Shown: positions 46,669 through 59,100 of the stretch, in pieces
Position numbering within the stretch: position 1 is the stretch's first letter
Layout: the number at the start of each line of letters is the position of its first letter
Assembly: GCA_000004985.1 (NCBI GenBank)
Contig: GG738845.1
Strand: one strand, 5' to 3'
From: Naegleria gruberi
Lineage: Eukaryota
Length of the DNA: 64,000 nt
Notes under the pieces: model-generated
The model's database searches: none
Told to the model about the DNA's origin: nothing
What the model saw: only the letters and a program-made list of their open reading frames with translations
Program-made: the position numbers and the translations under genes

Positions 46669-48627
46669 TTAGTGGATAAGTCTTTGAGATTCTTCAGAAT
46701 CTCTCTTGTAATCTCTGATACACAAATAAATGCCATATGATGAAAAAGTCAAAATGATTACAACCATAATGAATGCAATCAAGGCAAAAACTGCATAAAA
46801 TACATCAGTAAGAATAATGGCAAGTTGTTCATTGATAGGTTCACAATCAATTTGCCAGAAGCCAGTTGCAACATTTCTGAATTTGTCGTCAGTAACAACT
46901 TTTGGTGGAGGTGTTGTTGGACCGTGCATACTGAGAGCAGCATTTAGTATTTCAACATTTCCACTATTTTTCTTTCCAAAAGTTTCATCAACAACAGCTC
47001 TACGAAGAACCTTAACTTGATTAGAGTTTTCATAAGCAACTTGCATCTTGTAAAGATTAGTAATTTCAGTAGCATTAACTTGAGACAAGACAAGTCTACC
47101 ATTTGTCAACCATGGTTGGTTGAAGTCAGTAACATAACCACCAACAGTAAACTTGTTTGTTGATTGGTCAATCGAGAATGAAACGGCATTTGCAATAAAT
47201 CTCAATTGAGATTCATTTTGAGTGATGAAAACCATATCACGCTTAATAAACATATCAGAAAAGTATCCTGATTGAGCCACAACTCCTTTAGAAACGAAAG
47301 TATAGAATGGAATGACATTCTTATATTGTTCAATTGTAGACTCGTAAGTGATGTCTTCTGTATTACCAACAACGACAATATTTTCACCACGAACATCAAA
47401 ATCGGTGGCATAGTTGACTGAGGTCTTGATCAAATTCTTACCGAGATTAATTGATTTAACAACTTGTCCAGTACTAATTTGGACAATGATCAAGAATGGT
47501 GTGATAGCTTGGGATTGTTCAAAATCGAGGGTTGTTTGATGGAAAGCTTCAAATCCCTTTTGTTGTTCACGGCTCAAAGACACTAAAAAGTAGGCAACAG
47601 ATCCATCAATAATCATTTTAGCACCCAATGGTAATGAGTTTGTTGATTCAACTCTTGGAACAATAACTTTAGCAAACTTTTGGGTTAAGGTAGCCTTTGG
47701 TGAAATACCTGATACAGGGGTGGTGGTAGAAACACTGAATCCAATTAATTTCACACTTCCCTGATTCAATAAACTTAAAGTACAGTCAAAAGTAAGCTTG
47801 GAACCAACTTCATCAGGATTTTCAACAACAAGATTGGAAATTCTAACATTGATAACCTTTTGCAAGCTTGTAGAGTCTTCAAGAGAAGGAATAGAGTCAA
47901 TATCGACAGATGGTGTTTGAACTCCAATGACAGTACCATTAACATCATAAATAGGTTCATTTTTGATGAATTCTGATGGGAAAACATAAGTAAAAGCCCC
48001 AAGAGTGTCATTATAATTAATGGTAGGGATGGAGGTTGAGTTAGCATCTAAAATTCCAAATCCAAATGCATTACCAGAAATGAAAGGAACAACTGAAATA
48101 AATGCTGTATGATTGATCTTTTGATACTTAATTTCATCACCAACAAAAATATTTTCACTATTAGAAAGAACCTTGTTTGTATCGATTTTCACAGTTTGAA
48201 CTGATGGTCTAAATGCCATTGTTTCAATATCACTCTTATATTTATAGTCTGTTGGAACAGACAAACTGTAAAAAGTACTAATTGGATTAGAAATTCCAAT
48301 ATAAGTAACTTCAGGGAATGGGAAAAGAGTTTGGTTTGCGATTTTCTTCGTAACACTATCGGATTGGAGTAATGTCAAAAATACACTACTTGTTGCATTA
48401 CTAAAAGTCATGGTATCATAATTAGCAACCTTTTGTGCTCTACTCACAAAAGTAGTGAAATATTGATTAATAGGTTGTTGATCAACAATGTATTGAATAT
48501 AGTCCCTCTCTTGCACATCTTCAGCAACAGCGTTCAAATTTGAACAGGTTTGAATGCCACCACTAACTACCATCACCAAACTGCTCACCAACAAGCAACA
48601 TACAATCCCAAAAGTTAGTCTTTTCAT
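46669..48627 (-). CDS. Predicted secreted / type I single-pass membrane protein (652 aa), unknown family.
   Basis: N-terminal signal-like 'MKRLTFGIVCCLLVSSLVMVVSG'. A long N-glycosylation-motif-rich ectodomain. C-terminal TM 'LAIILTDVFYAVFALIAFIMVVIILTF' plus a short charged tail. Confidence 0.5.
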   Translation of the reverse strand: MKRLTFGIVCCLLVSSLVMVVSGGIQTCSNLNAVAEDVQERDYIQYIVDQQPINQYFTTFVSRAQKVANYDTMTFSNATSSVFLTLLQSDSVTKKIANQTLFPFPEVTYIGISNPISTFYSLSVPTDYKYKSDIETMAFRPSVQTVKIDTNKVLSNSENIFVGDEIKYQKINHTAFISVVPFISGNAFGFGILDANSTSIPTINYNDTLGAFTYVFPSEFIKNEPIYDVNGTVIGVQTPSVDIDSIPSLEDSTSLQKVINVRISNLVVENPDEVGSKLTFDCTLSLLNQGSVKLIGFSVSTTTPVSGISPKATLTQKFAKVIVPRVESTNSLPLGAKMIIDGSVAYFLVSLSREQQKGFEAFHQTTLDFEQSQAITPFLIIVQISTGQVVKSINLGKNLIKTSVNYATDFDVRGENIVVVGNTEDITYESTIEQYKNVIPFYTFVSKGVVAQSGYFSDMFIKRDMVFITQNESQLRFIANAVSFSIDQSTNKFTVGGYVTDFNQPWLTNGRLVLSQVNATEITNLYKMQVAYENSNQVKVLRRAVVDETFGKKNSGNVEILNAALSMHGPTTPPPKVVTDDKFRNVATGFWQIDCEPINEQLAIILTDVFYAVFALIAFIMVVIILTFSSYGIYLCIRDYKRDSEESQRLIH

Positions 48628-48803
48628 TTTTTTCTTTCAAGAGAATAATAAAATAAAAAAATTTGAATAACAATTACATCCGGTACCTGTTAATTTGAAA
48701 ATTAATTACTACACCATACTGAGCATTTGATACTCTGTAATATTGCTTTGGCTCTCAAAGTCTTGTTAATGTACATTAAATATTTGAAGTAAAAGTAAAA
48801 AAA

Positions 48804-49667
48804 ATGCGCAACGTTATTCAAACCCCAACCTTCTCTATTACCGAAATCATTAGTGACAGCGAAGAAGAAGCTGAAAAGGAAGATTTCATCAAGCAAAAAC
48901 AATTAGAAGAGGAAAGAATAAGTCAACTCTTGGAAGATTCTAAAAAGAAGAGGAAAAGGAAAACAAATGATGAAGAAAATTCGAAAAAGAAAAGCAAATT
49001 ACCTTCTCTGAATATTATGGACAATTTTGATGAAGAGGTTAAACCAGGTCAAGTTAAAATTTCAAAACCTTTTGATTATGAAGCACTTAAACAATCGGAG
49101 CAATCAAGAGGAGTAGTTTATATATCAACAGATTTCCCAAAAAATCAATGTCCTCCAACACTCAAAGATGACAGGTCCTTGAAGAGAATGTTAAGTGAAT
49201 TTGGAGAAGTATCAAGAGTTGAATCAAAATATGAAAAACGTGGATTAAAAAAGTTCAGAATAGGATACTTTGCTGAGTTCGCTGACAAAAACACAGCAAA
49301 AAAAGTTGCAATCACACTCAATGGTAGTCCAGTTTCCAGGAGTGATAGTAGAGTATATAATGTCAAGTTTATGCCAAACTTTGAGTGGAGTGAAGTTGGA
49401 GAGGATGAAGAATTACAGAAAATGAAAAGAAAATTGTTGAAAGCTGAAGTTCAAAAGGAATTGAAAACAATTAAAGAATTTAAAAAGAACAAGAAATGGT
49501 CTGAGTCCATTAAACAAAACAAAACATCGCAACCACAGTCAAACTTTAGATTTAATCAAAAAGGATTCATACGTCACGAACACACGGACACAACTCATAT
49601 TGATACTCTTAATATCTTTACAAGTAAGGATAGTCAGGAAAAAAAACTTCAATCCAACAATAAATAA
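48804..49667 (+). CDS. ESF2: ESF2/ABT1-family nucleolar RNA-binding protein.
   Basis: 'RGVVYISTDFP..LKRMLSEFGEVSRVESKY..GYFAEFADKNTAKKVAITLNGSPV..VKFMPNFEW' follows the ABT1/Esf2 RRM-like core ('[42 protein letters not shown]'). It also has a K-rich tail. Confidence 0.6.
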   Translation: MRNVIQTPTFSITEIISDSEEEAEKEDFIKQKQLEEERISQLLEDSKKKRKRKTNDEENSKKKSKLPSLNIMDNFDEEVKPGQVKISKPFDYEALKQSEQSRGVVYISTDFPKNQCPPTLKDDRSLKRMLSEFGEVSRVESKYEKRGLKKFRIGYFAEFADKNTAKKVAITLNGSPVSRSDSRVYNVKFMPNFEWSEVGEDEELQKMKRKLLKAEVQKELKTIKEFKKNKKWSESIKQNKTSQPQSNFRFNQKGFIRHEHTDTTHIDTLNIFTSKDSQEKKLQSNNK

Positions 49668-49682
49668 TCTCATTTCAAAAAA

Positions 49683-52569
49683 ATGATAAAATATTTAAAT
49701 CGGAAAGGGTCGAACCCATTCACCACAACATTTAGAAATTGTACATTATCATCAAGACAGAATGAATGTGCGGAAAAGTATTTTTCTATAGAGGAAAATA
49801 TTCATAAAGTAATAGAAAATAATAATTTTTGCAGCAATATGTTTAATCAAAAAGAATTTGGAATTAATTCATTTTCAAAAAAGCATTCACGAAATTTACT
49901 TCTAATTTATGGGTGCAACAACAACAATAACCTTTTCTACACTCAAAACAAAAACCGAAAGTCACACCAAGCACAACATCACCGAAACTTTTCCCAAAAC
50001 CTCGTTTTAAAAAATATGCACACTTTCTACGAAATTCTTCAAACCCCAAATCGTGAAGGAGAGACAACAATTGTATTCTTTACGAATGGTAAAAGGTAAG
50101 TTAACAATAACTCTAAATTATTAAAATTCAAATTAGATATCTATTTAATGCCTCCGAGAATCTTCATAGATTTTGTACAGAATGCGGGGTGCGTGTATTC
50201 AGTGGTTTAGAACATATTTTCATTCCTCATATTTCTCCGTCATATTTGGGTGGTTTACCAGGAGCAATAATTACAGCTTCTGAAACGAGTACAACGAACA
50301 AATTTCATCTTTACGGACCCCCAAATTTATGGCATTATTTGACATCTTTAAGACAGTTTGTCAAAACTCCAATTTCCTTCAAAATAATGTTAAATATTAT
50401 GATGGAACATCAGGTTGAAGAAGATTACTTAATGCATAAGGATGAGAATATTTCAGTTAGAGGAATTTTATTAAAGAGTGAAAATACATCCAGAAGGGAA
50501 GACTACCACAAATTATTACCCTATTGTGACTTTGGAGGTCCATTTGCATTAAGAAATTCATCAGGAACCTTCATAAAACAGAGTCATGAAAAAGGAATGG
50601 CATGGGATTTTCTCTTTCAAAATAAGAATAGAAAGTCTCAAGATTTATCGCCATCCAAGAAGAAATTGAAGAAAGAGCCAGAAGAATTTTATTATAGTTT
50701 CAAAAATAGGCTCAATATTCAACCAATAGGTGAACTTAATGCCAATCAAGGACATGTAGACACATTAAGAGAAATGTTAAAATATATCAATCCAACTCTT
50801 AATGATTATTGTATGTGCTATGTTTGCAAGACTGCAGATGTACCAGGAAAATTTGACAGTAATAAGGCTACAGAACTTGGAGTATTTGGAATGATGAGAG
50901 GAAAACTTGCAAGAGGAGAAACCATTGTAGTTAATGGAGTAACTATTAAACCAGAAGATGTAATTGATCCTCCAACTCCTGGTTCAGAAGTTTTGATTAT
51001 CAATTGTCCAAACGAAAGCTATCTTAAGAGTCTTGTCACTCACAAACAATTTGAAAAGTATTACTCAAAGGCTGAATCTGTTATTCATTGTGTCTCTCAT
51101 GAAATTCTTGTATCACCACAATATCAAGAGTTTATGAAAAGATTTTCTCCAGATTGTGATCATGTTATTGTAAATGAAGATTCCTCAAAACCTGCTTCCT
51201 CATTTGTATCCTCATGTACCAATATTGTAGAGTTCAGTCTAGTAGATAAGGATCTTTTTACATTATGTTTAAATCCAAATCATAACCAACATTCTGAAAC
51301 TCATCAAAAAACATTGAAATCTCTCCATTCAAATTCAAAAATTACATATGGAGAAAGTCTAATGAAATATGTATTGATACCTACCCGTAATAAGGGTTTC
51401 GATTTTACCAAAGTACCTTACATACGTGAAATTGTGCCATCATCTGTTGAAAGCAACTTTTATCAAAGCTACCCAACAATTGCTAAATATTTGAGGGAGT
51501 ATTTAGACAAATTCAATGACTACGAGTATGCTTTGAATGAAACCCACCCACAAGCAAAAATTTTACAACAATGTGGTGATCAAGAGTTTGAAATTATCTT
51601 TTTGGGTACTGGTTCTTCTGTCCCATCCAAATATAGAAATGGTAAGTAACTAATCCCATTCCACCAAAATTTACTCTTGTTATTATAGTCACTGGAATCT
51701 TGTTGAATTTATTTGATAAAGGAGCAATTCTTTTTGATTGTGGTGAAGGCACGTTATCACAACTCTATAGAGCTTGTGGGAAAGAAAGAGCCGAAACTAT
51801 TCTCAAAAATTTGAAATGCATTTGGATTTCACACTTACACGCTGATCACCATCTAGGACTTGCTTACTTGTTGGAAAAGCGTTCCAAATTAACCTCTGAA
51901 GATGTTGTTATTGTTGGGCAGGGACGTATCAAAGAGGCATTGAGCGAATATTTAGTTTGTTCAAGTGATACCAAATTTAATTTTGACTTTATACCTATGC
52001 AAACTCTGGAACCAGAAAGATATTGCCCAGAAAAAATTCTTCTCGATAGAGTTATTAATCCACTGGGACTTAAATCATTTATCAATGTTCCTGTTGACCA
52101 TACCTGTGCTGAGGCATATGGTATTGTAATAACTCATCAAAATGGATGGAAGGTTGTGTTTTCAGGTGACACTAGACCTTGTTCCCGTTTAATTAAGGCT
52201 GGAAAGGATTGTACTGTCTTGATTCATGAAGCAACATTCGAAGCTTCAATGATTAAAGATGCCATTTCCAAGAAGCACACATGTTCATTTGAAGCAATTG
52301 CTGTAGGAGAGCAAATGAATGCTTACAGAACTATTCTTACTCACTTTTCACAAAGATATTGTAAATTCCCAATCGTAGACTCTCAAAAAACCGACTATGC
52401 TTTGAGAAATGTTGCTGTGGCCCACGATTTGATGAGACTTAATGCTAAAAAGTTAATTCCAATACCAAAGGTAATGCAAGTTTTAAAGCATTTCTGGACC
52501 ATTATCGAAATGGATACACAAAGTTATGCATTTGATTTTGATGAAACAGAAGACGAAGAAAAGAAATAA
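49683..52569 (+). CDS. ELAC2: tRNase Z long form (ELAC2-like), three or more exons.
   Basis: Exon junctions are GTAAGT at about 50097-50137 and GTAAGT at about 51645-51686. N-half 'KRYLFNASENLHRFCTECGVRVFSGLEHIFIPHIS' vs human '[35 protein letters not shown]'. C-half '[52 protein letters not shown]' vs '[51 protein letters not shown]'. The real start could be downstream of 49683. Confidence 0.75.
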
Positions 52570-52639
52570 ACCATAAAACTTGCTCTTCATTTCCTTCTTC
52601 AAATAAAAAATTAACCAAATTTCTCTAATTAAAAAAATA

Positions 52640-53302
52640 ATGCCACTCATCAAGAAGAAAACCCTGCAAAGTGCTGCAGATAAGAAGGATGAAAATGTTA
52701 AACATAAATCAAATAGTAAAATGATTCCGAAAATTCATGATAGTGATGATGAAGTACCAGAGATGAGTCAATCAACAAAGGCCAAGTTAGCTGTTGCCGA
52801 ACTTGCCAAGCAGGAATTAAAGAAAGAATCAGCAAAGAACAAGAAGATACAAAAGATTGCTAAAAAATCAAACAAACGAAAAGTGGAAGAAGTTGATGAG
52901 CAATCGGATAATAAGAAACAAAAGAAACTTCTCGATGTATCTGTGTTGGACTTTTTGGTGGAAGAAGACAATAAGAAGAATGAACCTATCCAAAACGAAA
53001 AACCACAAATACAAGCAACTTTAGAAACAGCCGCACCAACAAAATCGAGGTCGAAACGTTTTGTTGAATTGGGATTGGAGGCAAGAATTGCTAAAGAAAA
53101 GGTTGACCCATTTACAGTCAAGACAGAAGTAGACCCATCTGTGTTACAATTTTTACATTTAGAATTCTACAAGAAGAATCACAGAAAGGATACTGCCAAA
53201 TTTTTGGATGCAAAGAGAAGTACTATTGTTCCAGCCTCTGACTTTTTTGGAGAACAAAAATGGCCAATAGATCAAGTATTCTTAAACCCTTACGATTTTT
53301 AA
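52640..53302 (+). CDS. Lysine-rich, probably nuclear/nucleolar hypothetical protein (220 aa).
   Basis: ORF with A-rich start context, many K/E runs and a conserved-looking C-terminus 'GEQKWPIDQVFLNPYDF'. No family assigned. Confidence 0.4.
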   Translation: MPLIKKKTLQSAADKKDENVKHKSNSKMIPKIHDSDDEVPEMSQSTKAKLAVAELAKQELKKESAKNKKIQKIAKKSNKRKVEEVDEQSDNKKQKKLLDVSVLDFLVEEDNKKNEPIQNEKPQIQATLETAAPTKSRSKRFVELGLEARIAKEKVDPFTVKTEVDPSVLQFLHLEFYKKNHRKDTAKFLDAKRSTIVPASDFFGEQKWPIDQVFLNPYDF

Positions 53303-53410
53303 TAATATTTATTGCCCTAATAATTTTTAAATTTATTTTTTTGCAATACTTTCGTTTGAAGGAATGATCAAGCTAAAAATAAATCTTTATAAAAAATACA
53401 TACAAAAAAA

Positions 53411-54166
53411 ATGTTCTTAATGAGATCCGAATATGACCGTGGTGTTAATACATTCAACCCACAAGGTCGTCTTTTCCAAGTTGAATATGCCATCGAGGCT
53501 ATCAAACTCGGTTCAACAGCTGTAGGAATTCAAACACCTGACGGAGTTGTTTTGGCTGTAGAAAAACGTTTAACTTCCTCTCTTTTGGAACCATCATCTG
53601 TTGAAAAGATTATGGAAATTGATTCTCATATTGGATGTGCCATGTCTGGTTTAACAGCTGATGCTCGTACACTTGTTGAACATGCTCGTGTTGAAACTCA
53701 ACAACATCGTTTTACATACAATGAACCAATGGGTGTTGAATCTTGTACCCAAGCTGTTTGTGATCTTGCTCTTCGTTTCGGTGAAAATGGGGATGACTCT
53801 GATGATGAGGATTCTGGTGCTGGAATGAGTAGACCATTCGGTGTTGCCTTGCTGATTGCAGGTATCGATGAAAATGGTCCAAGCTTGTATCATACTGATC
53901 CGAGTGGTACTTTTACGAGATATGAAGCCAAAGCAATCGGAGCAGGTTCTGAAGGTGCTCAAACAACTCTCCAAGAAGAATACAACAAATCAATGTTCCT
54001 TGAACAAGCAGAAAATTTAGCCATTTCCATTTTAAAACAAGCTATGGAAGAAAAGGTAAACTCCTCTAATGTTGAAATTGCAAGCATTACTGTTAGTAAT
54101 CCTGTCTTTACTGTTTACTCCAAAGAAAAGTTAGAGGAAATAATCAATAGAGTTGCCAACAAGTAA
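53411..54166 (+). CDS. PSMA5: Proteasome subunit alpha type-5.
   Basis: '[42 protein letters not shown]' and '[30 protein letters not shown]' are near-identical to PSMA5. Single exon. It has a small acidic insertion '[15 protein letters not shown]'. Confidence 0.92.
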   Translation: MFLMRSEYDRGVNTFNPQGRLFQVEYAIEAIKLGSTAVGIQTPDGVVLAVEKRLTSSLLEPSSVEKIMEIDSHIGCAMSGLTADARTLVEHARVETQQHRFTYNEPMGVESCTQAVCDLALRFGENGDDSDDEDSGAGMSRPFGVALLIAGIDENGPSLYHTDPSGTFTRYEAKAIGAGSEGAQTTLQEEYNKSMFLEQAENLAISILKQAMEEKVNSSNVEIASITVSNPVFTVYSKEKLEEIINRVANK

Positions 54167-54301
54167 TTTCTGACACTGATGTAAAATTGTATAATCTACC
54201 ACCCATCCCAATATTTCCCAATTCCCAAAAAACCTATTAAAAGCATTGTATTTTATTTTTGTAAATATTCCTTTATTGGTTATGTTTATTCTTGGAACAC
54301 T

Positions 54302-55441
54302 TTACTCTTCAGCCTTAATATCATCAGTTCCTTTGATATCGACAAATCGTTGTTCAATTATCTTGTGAATATCATAACCACTGACGAACTTGTCAATTGT
54401 ATTGGCAATTTGTTCAGCATATTTCTCATCAAAAAGCATATTATAGTGATTAGAACCATTGACAGTGATTACTGATTTGGTGTTGAGAGTTGTTTCCATA
54501 GATTTGAGAACCTTGGTATCAATAATTGGCTTCTTATCGCCATCCTTCAAACCATGCTCAGAACGAATTAAAGCGATTGGATGTCTTAAACGAATTAATT
54601 CTTCCAATGAAGGTGCATAGTCTTCCAATGATCTCAAATCCTTTGTGGCAGCTAATCTTACATCATCATTATTTTGACTCTTTGAAAATTCAACAAATGA
54701 TTTAAAATCAATGTTTTCACTATTAACAGCACCTTGAAGGAATAGAGCCTCGTTTGGAGAAGCGAATGTAGATGCTATCTTTTCGTGCAATTGAGTAACA
54801 TCAGCCATTGAAGCCTTGTTGATAGGGTATCCACCATTAATTAAAACAGCACCACTAATACGGTCTGGACATTTGTTCATTAACATATATGCAATATTTG
54901 CTCCAAAACCATGACCAACAACAAAGGCTCTTGGTAATCCGTAGTATGTCAACAATCTAACAAAATCTAAAGCATGATTAACCAAGTTCAAAGAACCTGA
55001 TGTTTTTTCCTTTTCCTCTTGTGTATTGTATAATTGGTTCAAATCGGTAACTTGGGTTTTACCTCTTCCCTTCAAATCCATAGTAACTATACCATATGGG
55101 TAGTTAAGTTTACGGGCAATTGTTGAGAAAACTTTTGAATTTGTTGTATAGTCATGAATAAAGACGATTGGATTTGGTGGTTTCTTTGACTTTCCTAAAC
55201 CATTGAAACTTAAAGAAGAAATTTCGTAAGGATGTTGGGCGTGTCTTTTTGGTATGTTATGTTCAATCCAAGGAAAAGCCTCATCAGGATTCAAAGTCTT
55301 CAAGTCTTCATATACGGAAGCTTCACTCTTGGTTGATGTGTGGAACAAACATGAAATTTTTCTAGCGGTGCTAGATGAGGTGCTAGAGTTGGTTTTTACT
55401 GATGAACGAAGGACTTTTTTAAGCATTTTTTTCCAATTCAT
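54302..55441 (-). CDS. Alpha/beta-hydrolase-fold protein with a degenerate nucleophile elbow (GHGFG instead of GxSxG). Probably mitochondrial.
   Basis: 'PIVFIHDYTTNSKVFSTIARKL..VTMDLKGRGKT' then 'RAFVVGHGFGANIAYMLMNKCPDRISGAVLINGGYP'. The N-terminus is basic and S/T-rich, like a presequence. Confidence 0.6.
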   Translation of the reverse strand: MNWKKMLKKVLRSSVKTNSSTSSSTARKISCLFHTSTKSEASVYEDLKTLNPDEAFPWIEHNIPKRHAQHPYEISSLSFNGLGKSKKPPNPIVFIHDYTTNSKVFSTIARKLNYPYGIVTMDLKGRGKTQVTDLNQLYNTQEEKEKTSGSLNLVNHALDFVRLLTYYGLPRAFVVGHGFGANIAYMLMNKCPDRISGAVLINGGYPINKASMADVTQLHEKIASTFASPNEALFLQGAVNSENIDFKSFVEFSKSQNNDDVRLAATKDLRSLEDYAPSLEELIRLRHPIALIRSEHGLKDGDKKPIIDTKVLKSMETTLNTKSVITVNGSNHYNMLFDEKYAEQIANTIDKFVSGYDIHKIIEQRFVDIKGTDDIKAEE

Positions 55442-55488
55442 AAAAAATAAATAATTAAAAAATAATTAAAAGTTTCGTAATTATTTTA

Positions 55489-56121
55489 CTAATTATCTTG
55501 CTGTGTCACTATCGATGTTCTATAATATTTATCTCTTTTGGAAAGAATAGCAGAGCATGCTGAACGTAATCTGTTAATTTCCATAGCTGTCAAACTTGTA
55601 AAAGAATAGCCCGGGAAGTAATCTTCTGCTTCAACATCTGCCAGACCTTTAGTCAGACCATCCGTCAGATTATCTCTTCTTTTATCTTCAATAGTTTTTA
55701 AGAGAGATGAAATTTCTTCTGGATTCTCTTCAAAATCATTTTTGGCACTTGATCACTTTGTGTTATTAATTCGAATTAATAAAAACATTACCTACATTTT
55801 CAATAAAAGATATCCTATTTCTAAAAAGTGATTTGGCATTGGATAAAATTGGTGACTAACAGATGACTTTACTGATGCCTCCTCTAGCCAGGAAACTTGA
55901 AGCCATTCGGGTATTATTATTTTACATTGATTCAATTTTTTGAGATGAATAGCTGCCCACAAAGGAATTGTAATTTCTTGATTGGCAAGAGCAGGTCCTA
56001 TTGAACAGGTTATTAACTTGATGTGTGGAAGGTTTTTTGTTGGTCGGATTGTTATCATGGTTTCCTCTGCCAAGTACTCCAACTCTTCGTTAGATATTAG
56101 GTTCTCCCTATGTCTAAACAT
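55489..56121 (-). CDS. GINS2: GINS complex subunit Psf2, two exons.
   Basis: Exon 1 'EELEYLAEETMITIRP..IKLI..GPALANQEITIPLWAAIHLKKLNQCKIIIPEWLQV..FYPMPNHFLEIGYLLLK' vs human GINS2 '[71 protein letters not shown]'. A 48-nt intron (GTAGGT) joins to exon 2 'AKNDFEENPEEISSLLKTIEDKRRDNL..FTSLTAMEINRLRSACSAIL'. Stop at 55489-55491. Confidence 0.75.
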
Positions 56122-56188
56122 TTTTTAAAAAAGTTGGCGGGAATGTTTGAAATTAAAAATAATTTAAAACTCCATTCAATCAAAAAAA

Positions 56189-59100
56189 ATGCAAAAACTT
56201 TCATCGCAAAAATCTCTTAAGAGTTTACTTTACGGAAAAAAGTCTGTCAATCTAAAGATTAATTTACCTTCACAATTCAGGAATTATAGTTTTAAAAAAA
56301 CAAATTCCGATTATTCAATTTTGAAGGAAGGCGATAATATTCATGGTTGGGTCCTAACTTCAATAGAAAATTTGAAAGATTTTGACTTGGTTGCCTATCG
56401 TTTAAAACATTCACAAACTGGAGCTGAATACTTGCATCTTGACGCTCCTTTTGATATGAATAATTCATTTGCAATTAATTTTGAAACACCTCCAACTGAT
56501 GATACCGGTATGCCACACATTCTTGAACATACAACTCTTTGTGGCAGTGAAAAATATCCAGTTCGTGACTTGTTCTTTAACATGATGAAGAGAAGTTTAA
56601 ACACTTATATGAATGCCTACACAGCAAGCGATCATACCACATATCCTTTCAGTACTCAAAATGAAAAAGATTTTTATAATTTGATGTCTGTGTATTTGGA
56701 TTCTACTTTAAATCCTAGGATTTTAGAAACAGATTTCAAACAAGAGGGACATAGACTAGAGTTTGAAGATCCTCTCGACTTGAATTCAAATTTACAAATC
56801 AAAGGAGTTGTTTATAATGAAATGAAGGGAGCCATGAGTGATAGTAATCAATTCTTTGCTTATAATTTACAAAAATCAATTCTTCCAAATACTGTTTATG
56901 CTTTTAACAGTGGAGGTGACCCATCAGCCATACCAAATTTGACTTACAATCAATTGAAACAATTCCACCAACAAAATTACCATCCTAGCAGGGCAAAAAT
57001 TTTTACTTATGGATCTTTTTCATTTATTAATCATATCAATTTTTTAAATGAAAATGCCTTTTCAAAATTTTCTGAATTACCAGTAAGAAATTCTTCAAGC
57101 AAAGTTGAAAAATTTACAGAACCTAAACAAGTAGAAGTGTTTGGGCCACCAGATTCCATGGTTATTGATGAGGAAAAGCAAACTAAAGTCTCTGTTTCTT
57201 ACTTGATGAATGACAACTCTGATGATTTTGAAACCTTTTCCCTTTCTTTTCTATCCGCCCTATTGATGGACGAGCCAAGGGGTGTTTTTTACAAGAATTT
57301 AATTGCTTCAGGATTGGCTCCAGATTTTTCTCCTTATTGTGGTTTTGACTCTTCAATGAGCACTCCAATATTTTCTATTGGAGCTCAAGGTGTTGCAAAG
57401 AAAGACGTAGAAAGTATTGAGCAGGCAATAAGAGCAACATTTGAAGAAGTAGTTCATAATGGAATTGATCAGGGTCTCATAGATACAGTTTTACATAACG
57501 TGGAATTATCAATCAAGAAAAAGTCAACCAATTTTGGTGTAAACATTTGTTATCCAGTATTCTCCAACTGGATTCACAACAATGACCCAACAGGTACTTT
57601 TAAAATTAATAGTCAAATTGAAAGATTGAGAGGTGAACTTGAAAATCCAAACTTTTTCAAAGAGAAAATCAAAAAATATTTTATTGAAAATCCGCACCGT
57701 GTTACATTTGTAATGCATCCAGATCCTAAATATTTCGAGAACCAAGAGAAGAATGAAAATGAAAGAATTGAAAAAATATCCAATTCACTAACTGAATCTG
57801 AAAAAATCAAGCTTATTGAGCAATACAAGGAAATGGAGAAGGCAAAAGAATCACAGGAAAAAAATGTTGAACTATTACCTACTGTCACAATCAGTGATCT
57901 GTCCAGACAAATCATGGATCCCCAAAATGTTCAGTCTCTTCCAGGATCTCCAGAATTCCACCTTAATGTAGTCAAGGGAACTAATGGTATTGTACAAGTA
58001 ACATCCATAGTTCCAATATCATTAGCAGAAATTCCAGATCATTTACAAAAATTTGTTCCAATATTTGGTAATGTAGGTATTTTATCAAGTATTTAACTAA
58101 TTTTTATTTCTTCTTATGTAAAGTTACTTGTAAGAGTTGGTACATCACAAATGGATTATCTCCAATTGGCCCACCAAATAGAATTGCATACCGGTGGCAT
58201 TGATGCTAGCCCTTTAATCATTCCAAGTTTAGAAAAGCTGAATGACTTTTCTTTTGCCCTTAAATTCTCTTCATACTGTTTGGAAAGAAATGTAGAAAAA
58301 ATGATTGAGCTCATGAGAGAAATTTACACAAATACCAACTTTTTTGGAAATTTAAATTATTTACAATCTTGTATTGATCAATCAGCAAGTGATGCAGCAA
58401 GCGGAATACTTCAAAGTGGTCACCACTACGCCAAGCTCCATGCTTCATCCTCTCTTTCATTTTATGACTATTTAGTAAATAGTACCAGTGGTATTGGTGC
58501 TATGAAGTTTATTAAGGAACTCTCATCAAATGCTGATACTGAGTTAATCGCCACCTCACTTCAAGAATTGGCTCCTTACCTTCTCAGAAAGGATAAAATG
58601 AAATTCCTCATCACATGTGAGGAGCATCAGGCAACTAGAGTTATGAATGTAGTGAAGGAGCAATTCTATGAATCAATTCACAATAACTCTGTATCAAGTT
58701 TGGAAAAGATGAAGGCCCAATTAGACTTTAAGCCTAATTTTGTCAATACCTATCTTTCTATTCCTTCTTCGGTTAGCTTTGTTGGTAGAGCTTTAGCCAC
58801 AGCACCATTTGCTACAAAGGATTCGGCTCTCTTGAGGGTAGTTTCAACAGTATTGCATTCTAATTACTTGCATCAAGAGGTTAGAGAACGTGGTGGCGCT
58901 TATGGATCCAATGCCTCACAAAGTATGAATGGAGTTTTCACGTTTACCTCATATAGAGATCCAAATCCAAGCAGAAGTATTGCTATTATGGCTAATGCCT
59001 CTGATTGGATCCAAAAGCTTGGTTCAGTAACTAGCAAAACTGTTCAGGAAGCAAAACTTCAAGTTTTCCAACAATTAGATGCTCCTGTCACTCCACACGT

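Noticed and set aside
53760-53830. Acidic insertion '[15 protein letters not shown]' in proteasome alpha-5 as a possible frameshift.
   Set aside because: The frame is continuous and flanking PSMA5 motifs are intact. It is a small lineage-specific loop rather than an error.
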